DNA of 64,000 nucleotides, from the NCBI RefSeq assembly GCF_006345805.1, contig NC_043002.1, positions 102,114,001 to 102,178,000 of the forward strand. The letters run 5' to 3'. The notes beneath the pieces are model-generated. The model did not search any database. It saw nothing but the letters and a program-made list of their open reading frames with translations, and had not been told where the DNA came from. This DNA is from Octopus sinensis (Eukaryota). How positions within the stretch are numbered: the first letter of the stretch is position 1; each line of letters starts with the position of its first letter. Of the stretch, positions 12,455 to 25,905 are shown piece after piece. A program made the translations under genes and the position numbers.

Positions 12455-14208
12455 TATTTTATGTTTGACTTTTGCTATACATTTGTAGAAGTTGGCTCCA
12501 AGTTTCACCCAGAAGCCTCAAGAGACGACAAGTTGGAAGTTCATGTTGGTGTTATGCCTAGAGTGCCATATATTTGGTTTTGTACTTAGTGTTGTACTAG
12601 TGAATGTCTAAAAAATCATAAGAAAATTATGTTTGTTTTAAAACTTGAGATTACATAGAAAGTATTTTGCGTAGGATATGAGCAGTTCCTATGAGTACTA
12701 TCTTTTGAATTTCTGCCACTTTGGGGTTTCCTGGTATCTGAGATAGGTAGCAGTCAGCCCCTTTTGGTATCATTCCCAGGGCACCTATGACAACAGGTAT
12801 TGGGACAGTCATATCAATGAGGAGGTATGTTTTTTGTCTAACATCTTTCAATATGATATCTAGCCTATTCTCATGTATCTTTCTGTTACTTTGAATGGTG
12901 AAGTTCCAGAGGAGTGAGATGCGATCATTTTCAAGCACTGGAGGTGGTTTGTATTCCCACCAGATTTTATCATGGGGCAAGTCCAGGCTTTTGAAAATTA
13001 CCCAGTGAATATATTGTGCAGCTCTATCATGCCTGTTGAGATACTCTGTAGGCGCAAGAAAACTGCACTTGAAGACAGCATGATCAATGGTTTCATTTTG
13101 TTGTTAACATACACGACATGTTGGGCTACTGCCATTCTTTAATATGTTGGCCTGGTAGTTCCTTGTAGGTAGGCATTGATCATGATTTGCTATGATTAAG
13201 CCAGAGGTCATTAGTCATTGATGGGTCAGGGCTTTGTCAACATCGCATTATTTGCTCTCTTTGGGTATTTACCATTGAGAGGTTTTTCATGCCATTTATC
13301 GATCAGAATATCTAAGGCAGCAGTTTTAGCACGGATTTTCATGCGCTTAGCTTTTTCTGTGCTTGTTTCTTGTATGTCTAATTCCGAAATTTGTTGTATT
13401 CGGAATTCATTTAGATATTCCATTGTCTGTTTTATTACTGAGTATGATGCTTTCTTGTTTTCATGTTTTGAGACAAGTTTAACATCCAGTCCTCAGAGTT
13501 TTTCAGGTAGCTGTCTAGGCCAATTGTAGCAATCTTCATTGTTATTGCCAGTTGTAAAAGTCCACGGCCTCCCTCTTTTCTTGGCAGATAAATCTGCCTT
13601 AGTGTGGTGCATTCTATGCATTGTCAACAGTTTTTGTATTTTTCTGTCAAGATTACATATTTCAGTAATTGACCAGTTAACGATATTGAAACTGTAAGTC
13701 ACAACTGGTATGGCTAAAGCATTGATCGCTTCGATCCTGTTTCTCGCATTCAGCTCTGTCTTGAGTATTGCTCTTACTCTGCGATAACATTCTCTCCTGA
13801 TCCTTTCCTTCATCACTGAATGCCTTATTCCGTCCCCTTCAATTACCCCTTGGTACTTGTAGCTCTCCGCTGGATCTAACTCTTTTACGACATTCTGCAG
13901 GTCAAGGTTGACGTTAGATGTTTCTGTCATTTTTCCTTTGATAAAAGTAGCTTTTGCACATTTATCGAAGCCAAATTGCATTCTGATATCATCACTGGAT
14001 TGTTTAACAATCGCTATTAAACCCTGTAGTTGTTGGTCATTTTTTGCAAATGAGATGATTTATATTTTTAGCAAATATTTTATAACCGTACTATGCGTCA
14101 TTGAGCAATTTTGAGAGAGGTATTAAGGCTAAACAAAAGAGGAGTGGTGATAATTAGTCACCCTGGAAAATGCCACATGGAATTTTTACATCACCAGTAT
14201 TTAGAGAT
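12455..14208 (-). mobile_element. 5'-truncated R4/Dong-clade (restriction-like endonuclease) LINE, decayed, within (TAA)n
   Basis: RT segment GIFQG.. through IRMQFGFDKCA; ELNARNRIEAINALAIPVVTYSF; RLE region HDRAAQYIHW..LLWNFTIQSNRKIHENRLDII..LIDMTVP; (TAA)n at both ends (~12436-12455 and 14209-14265). Confidence 0.85.
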
Positions 14209-14210
14209 TC

Positions 14211-14259
<49 letters not shown>

Positions 14260-15343
14260 GTTATTGCTGTATTGTTTTCTGATGTTGTTGCTACCTGTTT
14301 GTTGACCATTGAAACAATTTCTTTGCTGTGAAATTCTACCGAAGTGAACTTTAGTCTTCATCGTTTCGTTTTCGATAGATTCAACTAATTGGGGTGCTGT
14401 TAGGGACACTCCTTCTCTCATGTCAAACCTGCAAGTCTTCTGCTCAAAAATTAGAAAAACAACCTATTTTGAGGATTGTTCGTGTTGTTTTTTATCGTTC
14501 TAAATATTTGTTTTGACACTTTTAAAACCCTGTGTATAAAACAAAAACAAAAAGACTTTTCTTTTGTATTGTTATTAAGTGATCATAAATATTTCCGACT
14601 TGTTTCCGCCCTTTCGAGACAGAATTTCGCAATTTTCTCCTGAACTTAGTCACCTATCAATTGAGAACATGACGTCGACATTTTCGACAGAGAATTTAAA
14701 GCGTGTCTGAACACTGACTTTCGCTCTGAGTTCTCAATTTTAAGACAAAGCAGCAGAATCACCACAACTATTATCATTATTACAATCACCGTCACCATCA
14801 TCACCACAACAATTCTTATAATAAGCAACCGTAAAAGGTAACAACAATGACAACGTTGACAAAAGCAAAGAACAGCGCTGCATTTATATTCTGAGAACGA
14901 CGAAAGAAAGTGAAAAACACACTATCAAAACTAGCAAAAGGTCACATCTACTACCACCACGACCACTACAACTACTAGCAACATCCAGAACCATTACTAC
15001 CACTACCAACAACAAAAACCACAACAGCAACAACCCCCTCCATTATCACCCACAATAACTCTAACATTATTTAAATGGCCTAAGCCGCAGTTAGGAAACC
15101 AACTATTAACGATTTGCCGATGCAGTTCACGTACAAGACTCACTCAATCGCCGAATGATCTGAAAGATTTCTTAAATTTTTCTTACCAAAACTGGAAGCG
15201 TATCCGCAAGCAAGATGCAAAGAGAAAGTCTTTTATATAAACCCATATGACTGAAGTCCTGAAAAGTGAAACAAAAGCGATTCAAAACGAAATTGCGAAA
15301 GAGTAATAAAGCAATATGTTGCATCAAAACATACATAGATTGA

Positions 15344-15661
15344 CCGGGCGTTGTGAGTGTTTATTGAGCGAAAACACCTAAAAGCTCCACGAGGCTCCGG
15401 TAGGGGATGGTGGTGATCCCTGCTGTACTCTTTCACCACAACATTTTCTCACTCTTACTTCCTGTTTCTGTTGTACCTGTATTTCAAGGGGCCGGCCTTG
15501 TCACTCTCTGTGTCACGCTGAATATCCCTGAGAACTACGTTAAGGGTGCACGTGTCTGTGGAGTGCTCAGCCACTTACACGTTAATTTCACGAGCAGGCT
15601 GTTCCGTTGATTCGGATCAACCGGAACCCTCAGCGTCGTAACCGACGGAGTGCTTCCATCC
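15344..15661 (+). mobile_element. 318-bp insertion, probably a 5'-truncated SINE (family 4)
   Basis: GC-richer block bounded by an exact 11-bp direct repeat acatagattga (15333-15343, 15662-15672). Family and strand are from recollection of mollusc SINEs, not demonstrated here. Confidence 0.6.
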
Positions 15662-16671
15662 ACATAGATTGAAGAAAAAAGATTCAACATAATAAACATG
15701 TTTGGACAGAAAATGCAATGAGGAAGGATTTCGTAACTCTAATAAGTGTTGAACTGATCCTTATAGATAGAGAGGGGCAAAAAAACAGGTAGTTAAGTTG
15801 CCACAGGATAAAACTATCTTCTGGTTCGTTGCAGGATTTCCGCTCGACATCGAAAAAAAGAAAACTGTATTGCGAGAAAATTTTTCTCGGATATAGTGAC
15901 GGAGCGCTTAATCCGGAAAGATTAACATCTATGGAGACCATCTTAGATCTGGTCACTCTGCTAGGTGGCATGGTAGCGTTCGTGGCCGCTGAGGACAGAA
16001 AGTCACGTTGTCTATCATCGACTGATTTCTATACATAGTAGATGATGAAAACCGGAAGCTCTTTGTTGCTGCTGATGCCATTGCTCCCTACAGTTACAAC
16101 ATCAACAACATATGGAGAATCTTAAAATAACATGAACTCACAAAAGCAACAATAGCAAAAACAACTACAAATAAAACCCAACTTAAACATCAACTAGAAA
16201 AATTATATTTGTAGTCATGGGATTTCCCGTTCGGATAATTCAGATGTGCCCTACATGGGGTTGGAAGGAGTAAAATGAAAATGGAAACTGTACCCGTAGG
16301 AAGAGAAAGAAAGAGGGAAGCGAGTATAGAATGTACTAACCAAAAAAAAAAAGGCGTTTTGAAGAGGAGAGAATATTCGGTGGTGTAACGCCAGCACCAA
16401 ATCAACCACAACACACAATATCAGCACAAACACTTGCAATATATTAGCAAAAGCAAACAACCCCATCTATATCGAAGCCAACAAAATTATTATGAGTATA
16501 AAATCATAACCTACGTGCCCATAGACACAACAAAGAATCCATAAACAATATGCATAAACACATTTCACACAGCGACTACATCGCACCAACTGATGTCGTA
16601 GCTACACACTCAAAGAAACGTCACCGACAAGTTACAAACTAAATTTACTCACCGAATGGCAAGTCTTAGAG

Positions 16672-16857
16672 CAGGGATGGGCAAACTACGGCCCGCCATA
16701 GGTGTTCATGCGGCCCGCCGAGAGGAATATTTCACAAAATTTCCTTTCAATCAATTGTGTGTTTATAGGTCTATAACCGCCTTTAAAAATATTTTCACTT
16801 GATTTTTATAAATGAGGCCCACCAAGGTTCCAAAGACGCACTGTGCGTCCACCCCTG
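16672..16857. mobile_element. hAT-family MITE (186 bp)
   Basis: Termini cagggatgggcaaactacggccc ... tccacccctg; exact 8-bp TSD tcttagag (16664-16671, 16858-16865). Confidence 0.85.
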
Positions 16858-17299
16858 TCTTAGAGGGACAATTAACGAAAGAATCTATAAGAATTTCATG
16901 ATTAAACATATCTGGATCCCACAATATGGATTATTTTCCAGCATCAATGAGGAAATAGGTGATGCTGATCCTAATTAGTAGCGATGGTCATACTTGCTAT
17001 GCATCGACACGTGTGCTTTTGCTAGATTATCGTTGGCATCCAGATTTTTTCTTTGGGAACGTCTTGCTCTTTAGTGCTTGTGAGAGACTGATACGTCATT
17101 TTAATGCAAGATTAGATTGTGGTGCCTCATCGATAAGAGAGCGCACGCAATGCCATCAGAAATTTGTCCACCAATTTCCAACTGACCTATCAGTTGGAAA
17201 TTGATGGACAAAGGCACCATCTAGTCTTCCCGATTTCGTCATCGTGGATATAGAGAAACTTCTTCGACTCTACGAGATATAATCTAGGTAAAGTATCCT

Positions 17300-18220
17300 G
17301 TAGGCTAGCTGTTACGGATAGAGAAGGTCATCCATAAGCTAAATTAGCACCGTACTCAAATTTGTGGTCTGTTATGTTGATCTAGAGGCATCATAAGCAG
17401 GGAGCCGGTTACTGGAAGATGATCTTTCTGAGCACGCAAAACACAACGTATGTAACCAAGTTACAATTCGGTCTATGATGTAGTATGATGAGAATGTAAT
17501 ACTCGATCCGGAGCATATGTGCTCGGCAGCATATGAGTTCAAAGTTGGATCACAGGGTCCTCCCCTCTCCTCTTGCCTACATCGATAGCTTATAAGGACT
17601 CACGACAATGAAGATCGTGTGTTGCAAAAAGCTAATGAAAGCTACAGCGATACAGCAAACGATCGTTATCTGGAATAGATCCGAATATTCTAAGAATTTT
17701 TCGTATATATGTCGAATATGCTAAGCAAGCATGTCGCAGATACCTACAGCAATTGTGAGCCAAAGTGTGGCAGTACTTCCCAGGAAGGACCCGAAAAAGA
17801 GGTATCACATAGAAGAATTTTTGTTCTATAACAGTACTTAATGCAATTTTCAGGATTTTAGCCAAAGATTTAACGGACACTTTGGCGTTTGTCTTCGGTT
17901 TTGCGCTTAGTGATGAGCCATCACAAAAGGATCTATCAACTAATTTCATTTCATGGAACACATCATAGTATGGACGGGGAAGGAAAGTGGCGTGGACGTG
18001 GGTCTGACCAAATTAGGTACGTTGAAAGCTTTTCATGTGATCGACCACCTCTAACTTAGTTGGAACCCCCACAGCAGCAGTTTTCAGGAACCTGACCGCC
18101 GCCACGTACAGCGATATCTATTTAGTGGAGAATGGGAATCGCTACCAATTGGTTCCGCTTAGCATTTCGCGCTCAGTCTATCGAATTTATCTCAATGTAT
18201 TATTAAAGGCAAGGGCACAT
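17300..18220 (+). mobile_element. Highly decayed Tx1/L1-like ORF2 fragment
   Basis: Hand translation gives GAGYWKM, ITVLNAIFRILAKDL, KAFHVIDH and VPLSISRSV, matching motifs in the A3 ORF2. Confidence 0.6.
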
Positions 18221-18993
18221 TGCCAGACACGTCGAGCCTTTATTATTGATATGCATTTCTTAGGATCCGAAGCGCATCAGGGCAACTACAACCCCTCTTT
18301 AACAGGGACTCGTATTCACATAGACCCACGTAAACTTTTCTCCAATGATAAAACATGAATGTAACACAGCGTACCACGATAGATTTCAGCTTAATCGAGT
18401 TGTCATAACAGAGATGAATAATATTTAGGTTGGTTTATGCTTTTGATAATCTTTGCAGCGCAGAGTGAAAAATTACAGCACATTTCGGGCTAAAATACTG
18501 ACAAGTTTATGACAAAAAATATTATACCGTGAAAGACTTTCGCTCCGAAGACCGCACCTTGAATACAATCCTATGAGAAATGTTTATACCATCTCAAGAA
18601 TCATTTGTTGCAGAAAGAAAGAAACAATCTTCTTTCTCACAATTTTCAAAATAACCATTAAATGGTAATTTCTTCTTCTTCCTCTTCTTTCAACTGTTTT
18701 CTGTTTCTATGACAACAAATTGCACCTGCATGTTTCTAAGGTGTATGCTGCATTCTCTCTTGGGAATATAAAATTGTGTAAACTAAATCAGATTTGCATT
18801 GTTGTGAAGTTTAGTATTGTCTCTGGTGTTATTTTTTATGCATTCCAATTCTTACACAGAATACAGGTACATTTCAGAATTAATATTGTATGCAAATAAG
18901 ACGGATTTTTGATGTTAGCTGATCTATTCCTAGTATTTATTGATAGCTTCCTCGTAGAATCCTTAAATGTCTAATATCTCAGAATATAATATT

Positions 18994-19220
18994 ACTTCTT
19001 TATTGCCCACAAGGGGCTAAACATAGAGGGGACAAACAAGGATAGACAAAGGGTGCTAGTCGATTACATCGACCCCAGTGCGTAACTGGTACTTAATTTA
19101 TCGACTCCGAAAGCATGAAAAGCAAAGACGACCTCGGCGGAATTTGAACTCACAACGTAACGGCAGACGAAATACCGCTAAGCATTTCGCCCAGCGTGCT
19201 AACGTTTCTGCCAGCGCGCC
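18994..19220 (-). mobile_element. SINE family 2, full length
   Basis: Reverse complement matches the 6886 unit head to tail; flanked by an imperfect direct repeat atatctcag(a/t)atataa. Confidence 0.85.
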
Positions 19221-19374
19221 TTAATATATTATATCTCAGTATATAACATATTAACCGAACATCCGAAATTACATTACATCATTGCATTTCATGTCACCCG
19301 TAACTATGAACAAACAGGAAGTTTGTCGGATCATCGGTGAGAACTTGGTTAAAGCCATTTTTTATCTGAATGAT

Positions 19375-19525
19375 TTCATCATCATCATTGTTCGACCGTG
19401 GTCGAGACAATGGAATTTACTATGTTACACCAGACTTCACGGTCCATCATAGCATTACGGAGCTCCTGTTGCTGGATGCCTGTATCCCTGGAGATTACAT
19501 CAGGGTAGGAGAGTGTGCGCCCTCT
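19375..19525 (-). mobile_element. RTE-clade LINE 3' end with (TGA)n tail
   Basis: Reverse strand reads RGRTLSYPDVISRDTGIQQQELRNAMMDREVW..EQ* followed by tgatgatga. Confidence 0.65.
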
Positions 19526-19989
19526 GGTATGACTTCCTAAATAAGTTATAGCATAAACGGAACCAACCTATAGCACTCCTTAATTGTGATGAAATCCGAA
19601 GCATCCAGGAAAGCAAATTTTCAGTGTTTCATGATGGCTGGGAAGCAGGTTGACCATGATTCTCTTTTAGATGCATTAGAAAATAAATCTCAAATCAGCT
19701 GAGATACCAGATCAGGAAACTAGACATTAGTTCTGTTCCTTTACGACTGATACCAAATTCCATGTATCAAATCCATATCCTACTAGAATGGAAATTCTAC
19801 ATTATCAAAATAAATATTAGTGAACGGGTGTATGTAGAAACTTAGAAATCACTATAAAATTAAAGACCCGGTGAACAGAGGACGAAATAATACTTTAGAA
19901 TGGATTATAGTGGAGTCGCACCTAAGATTTTAGGAAGGTTAGATGAAACTGGGTTTTTGATAAAAAGGGTGGGCTCGAATTAGACTTGG

Positions 19990-20310
19990 AAGCTTAGGCA
20001 TATGTTCGAAGGTATCCTTTTCTTATATTGATATGTTTAACATAAGCAAGACCAAGATCTCTGACACACATGCAATCGTGCCTGTGTTCGATGGCTATGT
20101 GGCATACACATCCCATTGTTTATCAGCATCAGGCGGCGGAGCTATAGTGACATTCCAGAAATTCTTAGATGAAGACGTATGGTCAATCTCCTTGGTACGG
20201 ATGAACGGCGGAGAAGTAATTCACTTCAGATTAGTAGACATCTAAGCCCCCACAGAGATGGGACGGCTGGATTTCTTCAAAGGTGTGACTTTTCTGGGAT
20301 GTTGTGATAG
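19990..20310 (+). mobile_element. Decayed Tx1-like APE endonuclease fragment
   Basis: ISKTKISDTHAIVPVFDGY..SASGGGAIVTFQK..FRLVDI*APTEMGRLDFF parallels ISETR..MFGGQF..GGSGTAVLFHK..FRLVSVYAPPLTGRADFF. Confidence 0.7.
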
Positions 20311-21041
20311 CAAGCACTTGTGGTGGTGTATAATTGTATTTTAAAACCATTAAAAGAGTGTCGCATGCGTGTGAAATAGCATCAAAAATCTACTGAGAGG
20401 CATCCAACTCTCCGTTAGATATCAAGTAAATTTCCAGCTCCTTACTGTTGTTTTCTCCTAAGAGCACACAACCTATGCGATCCAGATCGTGCATAAAGCT
20501 TTGTTAAGCGAGTGGTTGGGGGAAGCCTGGGAAATTCAAGCTATAACCTGCAGGGTCGACTTGGAATATTTGAGAGAGAAACCACTGCCGGAATTTGAGC
20601 CCATCTTTTCCAGTAAGGATGTCAAAAGAGATCCAGTTAGCGAATTACTAAAACGCCATACTAACAAGAGAATTGCGACCCATATTTTCTGAGTTTCTGA
20701 ATTCAAATCCAACTAAGGTCACCTTTTTATTTATTCTTTTTTGGAATAAAGTAGAGTACCAGTAATATTCTGGTGTAGATGTTACCGACTAAACCTCATC
20801 ATCACAAATTTCAGGCTTCATTTTAAGAATCAAATTTCCAATGGTTTACAACCTGAGTTGGAATCTTGTCGAGGCTAAATTTGCCTTTCGTCCTTAAGGT
20901 CAATTAGGTACTGAGGTCGAGTTTCAAATACCCTTCCCCTCAAAATTGTAATCCTTGTGCCCCAATCAAAAACCGGTATTATTTTTGTTGTTATTAGTTT
21001 CGGTGACGCCTTTGATCTGGCAAATGTTATATCAAAAGCTC

Positions 21042-21074
<33 letters not shown>

Positions 21075-21083
21075 CATCATCAA

Positions 21084-21300
21084 AGGCGGCGAGCTGGCAG
21101 AATCGTTAGCACACTAGACGAAGTGCTTAGCGATATTTTACCCGTTTTTACGTTCTGAGTTCAAATTCCGCCAAGGTCACCTTTTCCTTTCATTTGTTGG
21201 GGATCGATGAATTAAGTACCAGTTAAACACTTGCGTTGATGTAATCGACATAATCCCCTCCTACAAATGGCTGCCTTTGTGGCAAAATTTGAAACTAATA
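21084..21300 (+). mobile_element. SINE family 2, third tail type
   Basis: Head aaggcggcgagctggcagaatcgttagc and shared body; tail gcctttgtggcaaaatttgaaactaatattatt. Confidence 0.75.
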
Positions 21301-22039
21301 TTATTTTTATTAACATTTACAAATATATGTTCACCTTCATATGTTTATAAATAGAATTATTAAACATATTTTCTTCAAAGATTAGCATATAAGGAGAAAA
21401 AAGTCTGTTTTAATATTGACTTATTACGACTTGTTTTTTTATTCCTAATTTTCCTACGTTTTTTTTTTTATAGTTTACCAGCAAACTGCCGTCATTCAGA
21501 ACGACAAAAAATACATTAATGATTTTTGTCTATAAAGTTACATCTGATTTCTTAGATGTAACTTTGTTTTGTGTGTTGTTCAACCTTTACAGTTACCGTA
21601 ATAATTATCTCCAGCGAATGCTACCAAAGACATAACATCGATTGCTTGCCTTCTACTATTTATGGAATTCATAAAATACAACGCAAATGACAAAAGCAAA
21701 TACTCTTTTGTTGCTCGAGGCAATAATTCCTGAATATGACCATTATTACAATTCTCTCAGGAAACAGCATTTGCTTTTTATTTTTATTATTTATTATTTA
21801 TTGAATGGCGGTAAGTCAGTGGAGTGGCAGAGATGCAAAGAGAACTTTATTTCTGTTATTTCTAATATTTCCGTGAGTCAGTGTTCTGTTTCAAATTTTG
21901 CTGACGTCCTGTATATTTTAGATTATCGTTGAAACTAGCTTTTGCTAAATATCTGTTGAATTATGTTGTGTGTTGTTAGGAAAAATTACTTAAGCAGGTG
22001 AAATCCATATATATACTTATATATGGATTAAGTGAAGCA

Positions 22040-24245
22040 TGACACTATTATGCATACACAGGAATGTTTATCGTGTATAATTCTGCTGGGGGGTAATGCA
22101 AGTCTGCATATCAACCACCACTCCATCAAAGACAAGCGCTAATCTCTTTGCTAACACCTTGGCCAAAATTTGGTAATCTGCATTTTGAAAAGTTACCTGC
22201 CTAAAGTTATGAACAATATCCCCCTTGTTCGAATCATTTCTCAGTGCGTCAGCACATCTCAGCTCACGGATCCGCATATTCCCCCATTCTGCTGCCAGTT
22301 TCGGTCGACGTCTCCCAAAAGCGCAACAAACACGTCTGGCATATGTATATAAAGTTTCAAGAGCAGACCATCCAATCCCGGAGACCTCTCCCTCCTGCAG
22401 CCAGCCAACGCATCACTTATACCTTTAACTTTTATCGCCATTTCGCACAACTCCACGTACCTGGCCAAAAGCCGCGGCATACCTCAAGGTAGGAAGTGAA
22501 GTTAACCTACACCTCCGGGTCACCACGCGCCCCAACAGTTCAGTAAAATGCCGCTGAAATTCCGCACAAACCTGCTTCGACTCGTGTAGCATGCACCCGT
22601 TCTGATTCCTCAAAGACCGAATTGTAGTTTGAGTACCACGTTGTGCCTCGGCCACCCTGGCCCATCGAACGGCTTTCTTTCCCTCCTTCTTTAGAGCACT
22701 TGTCCTAGTTATGACAATGCAACTTTCATTTTTGGTGTTGAAGAACTGCTTCAGAAGTGTTCGGGAAATCCAGTCTGAATGTCTCCTCCGCCAGCTGAAA
22801 ACGACTGAGCAAGTTCGCAAGGCTTGCACACCCCTTTCCTAGCTGTTAGCTCCAACTAATCCAGACGCGCATACAAAATGTCTTTCCAATCGTCCACTAA
22901 ACACTAAAGTGAGAGACATCTCAAGAAACGCATCCTGGCCTATAAAGAAATCTTGCAGAACTGCTCCAGTTGGTGTGTGCACTGCAACAAGTCTAAACGC
23001 AATGCCTTCGTTGTCGTACACTTCCAGGACCATCGACTAACCTTTTGGGCATAAGATCACCGACCGTATCTCGAGATCCAGGGCTTTTCTGAACAGCATT
23101 GCCACCGCACCTACCATTCCTAATCGAGTGAGAGATGCGAAAATCTCAAAGCCATCGAAAATGGGAGACAAGGCCAGTGTGTCCGCGATCCTCGTCTCAC
23201 TGATGGCTATTACATCCAATTTTAGCCACCTGAGGTTGTTGCGCAATCGGCCTTGCTTCCACAACGACTCCAAGCCACGCACATTTAAACAACCTACTTT
23301 AAGAACCGCCATGCAGGTCAGGAAGTTAGAAAAGGAAAATGGATCGTCACTTACCTTCCTGGTGCTCTTTGTGGACGTGTGGTTCCCACCCTGTCTGTTC
23401 TGCTGGGTTCTTCTGGAAGCCCCTTTAAAAGCCATCTGCTGGTCGTTACACTGAGATATCTAACGTCATTCACACCATCATTAGGCTCTCCGGTACTCTA
23501 AAAGTGTTGGGGCTGCAGATCACCGCCTCTCTTTCAATGTCTTCGTTTTGTGCTGTGAGGGCCATTAACTTTTCAGTAGCCCTCCTCACTAGCACGAAGT
23601 TCCGCTGCCCTTGCGGGTGGTTGTTCTTATTGTTGTAGTGACACTTTTCATTTTAAAGTTTGCTGTGTTTTTGATTCTGTTGTGAGTCATTTTAATGATG
23701 TTTGGTGATTGCGATGTTTGTAGTGTTAGTATTGTCATCAGTGTGTCTGTGTTGCTATTTCTGGGATTTCCTCCTTTTTCTGTTTCTCTCTTTTTGCCGT
23801 TCGGGCTTCCCCTCATCATCACTTGGATGTGTGGAGGAGTCTGTGTATTTGTATGTTTTGTTCTGGTTCTCTTGTTGGTGCTGCTCTTGCTACTGTAGCT
23901 TCCACCTCTGCTTCTGGTGCTACTCCCACTGCCACCTTTAATTTAACACCTGTCTGTTTTGTCTCTTTGGGCTCAATTTCTGTTGCTATACCCCTGCCTT
24001 TCTGTTGTTGTTCCTGTTGTTTTGTCTCTCCTGGGTTGTAGTACTTTCGTTCGGACGTTTCATTCTGCCCTTCTATTCTGTGGGTCGTGAAAATGTAAGT
24101 GGCTCGTTGAAACACAATAGTAGCACCTCGATCTTCTGGCCTCCACGTTCACCCTTAGTTCTACTCTATTGGAGAGGGAAATCAGCTTTAGGTCTTTCTG
24201 TAACTGCTCTGGCTTCACCTGGAGACACAATATTTTCAATCATCA
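22040..24245 (-). mobile_element. Older decayed Tx1-like LINE (ORF1 remnant, endonuclease, start of RT)
   Basis: LKVGCLNVRGLESLWKQG..IAISETRI (23037-23435), FRLVAVHTP, RSPGLDGL, ADYQILAKVLAKRLALV, all homologous to the A-family ORF2. Confidence 0.85.
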
Positions 24246-24329
24246 ACAACCTCAAAATATTTTATATTGTGCGATGTCTGTAATAATAATAATGACAAGA
24301 ACAATAATAATAACTATAATAATAATAGA

Positions 24330-25905
24330 TAAGATGAATGAATACAAGATGAAAGAAATGTACAGGAAAGAGTATTTGAGGAGAACTCGGTTTGTGCTCC
24401 AATTGAAGCTAAATGGCCGATATAAGATTAGAGCAATTAACACGTGGGCGGTTGATTTAATGAGATATGGGACGGGAATTTATCTTGGAAAAAGCATAAA
24501 TTACAATATATAGACCAGAGAACACGCAAAAAGGGTAAAGACCCCCTTCGGTCATGAATGACCATGGGATTGCACCTAGAAAGTTACCCTCCTAGACACA
24601 AGTCCGGGCAAGGTTGTTTATGGAAGACCAGCAGTCGCCCATGCATACCAGCCTCTCCTCTCCACGCCACCAGTGTTATCCAAGGGAAAGACAAAGGTCG
24701 ATACAGCTTGGCACCAGTGACGTCGCAACTCATTTCTACAGCTGAGTGAACCGGAGCAACGTAAAATAAAGTGTCTTGCTCAAGAACACAATACGCAGCC
24801 CGGTCCGGAATTCGAGCTCACGATTGTAAGCTCGATGCTCTAACCACTGAGCCATGCGCCTTTACCAGAGAACACGTAAATTAATGACAATGAACAAGGA
24901 ACTATACTTCAAGTGTGTTGTGACAAGGTAAAGAGAAGGTATGTAAAGAGGAACGAAGTAGGACGGAGACTGGAATGTTGTGAAAGTTGAGTAAGAGAAG
25001 AGATAAGCCTAGCTTCGTATGTCAAGGGTGGTATAAAAATGACGGAAGCAGTGAAAATGCAGGGATCATTAAAAGTGAACAAAGCCGTAAATCCAACACA
25101 ATTTAAGAAAGCCCAGAGAGAGAGAGAAGATGAACAAAATTTGGCAGGACAAGAAAACATAGAATCAGTTCTTGAAGAATAAAGATGAGATTGATTGGAA
25201 TAGAACCTGGCAATGGCTGCAGAAAGGAGTCTTAAAAGGCTCCAACAAGCGGTAAGGAATATAAGACTATGAATATGAAGTGCAGAACCGACAACCCTAG
25301 AGACTGCGACAAATGCAGAATGTGTGATGTGAGGGTTCAAACGTTATGTCTAATCAATAGTGAATACCTGAAATTGGCACAGCATGAATATAAAGCATAA
25401 CATTTCAAAGTCGCAAGAATGATTCATTGGGAGCTCTGTTGAAATCACGGTCGACAAAGAGTAAAGAGTAAAGACTTGGTATGAGCAAATCTCAGGTGTC
25501 ACCAAGAATAAAAATTGCAAAATACTGTGGGGTGCAATGATTTAGTGCGATCACCGGGCCTGACTTCAGGAACCGGACATTGTTGTGGTGAAAAAAACAA
25601 GAAAAACCAAGATCATGTATTATAGTGTGTCCTGATGAGAACAGGATCAAAAAGAAAGATGGAAAACAAACGATGACGATTTGAAGTGGGGAAATACGAA
25701 GCTTTTATTCAATGAAGAGAGTAGACATGATGCCAATATTAACTTGTGTACTTGGAAGTATCAGCACTCAGCTACCAACATGGCCCAAAAAGATTAGGGT
25801 TCTTGAAGCATGACCAGTAAACGAATCTCATTTTAGTCTGCTGTCTGTGGACAGCTGACACTTTCCATCACAGCCCAGCAAAATAAGATATGAGATTTAA
25901 TCAAA
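24330..25905 (+). mobile_element. Second 5'-truncated R4/Dong-like LINE fragment, decayed, interrupted by a SINE
   Basis: KEYLRRTRFVLQLKLNGRYKIRAINTWAV; CRMC..LAQHEYK..HWEL; KILWG..PDIVV; TAA-rich tracts on both sides (24281-24330, ~25905-25930). Confidence 0.75.
24527..24863 (-). mobile_element. tRNA-derived SINE family 1, full length, inserted in an R4/Dong remnant
   Basis: Head ggcgcatggctcagtggttagagc (A box) and ctcgaattcc (B-box-like); 13-bp TSD accagagaacacg (24514-24526, 24864-24876). Confidence 0.88.

Noticed and set aside
24780-24863. tRNA gene
   Set aside because: A and B boxes belong to a SINE head; no complete cloverleaf. The same holds for the other tRNA-like heads.
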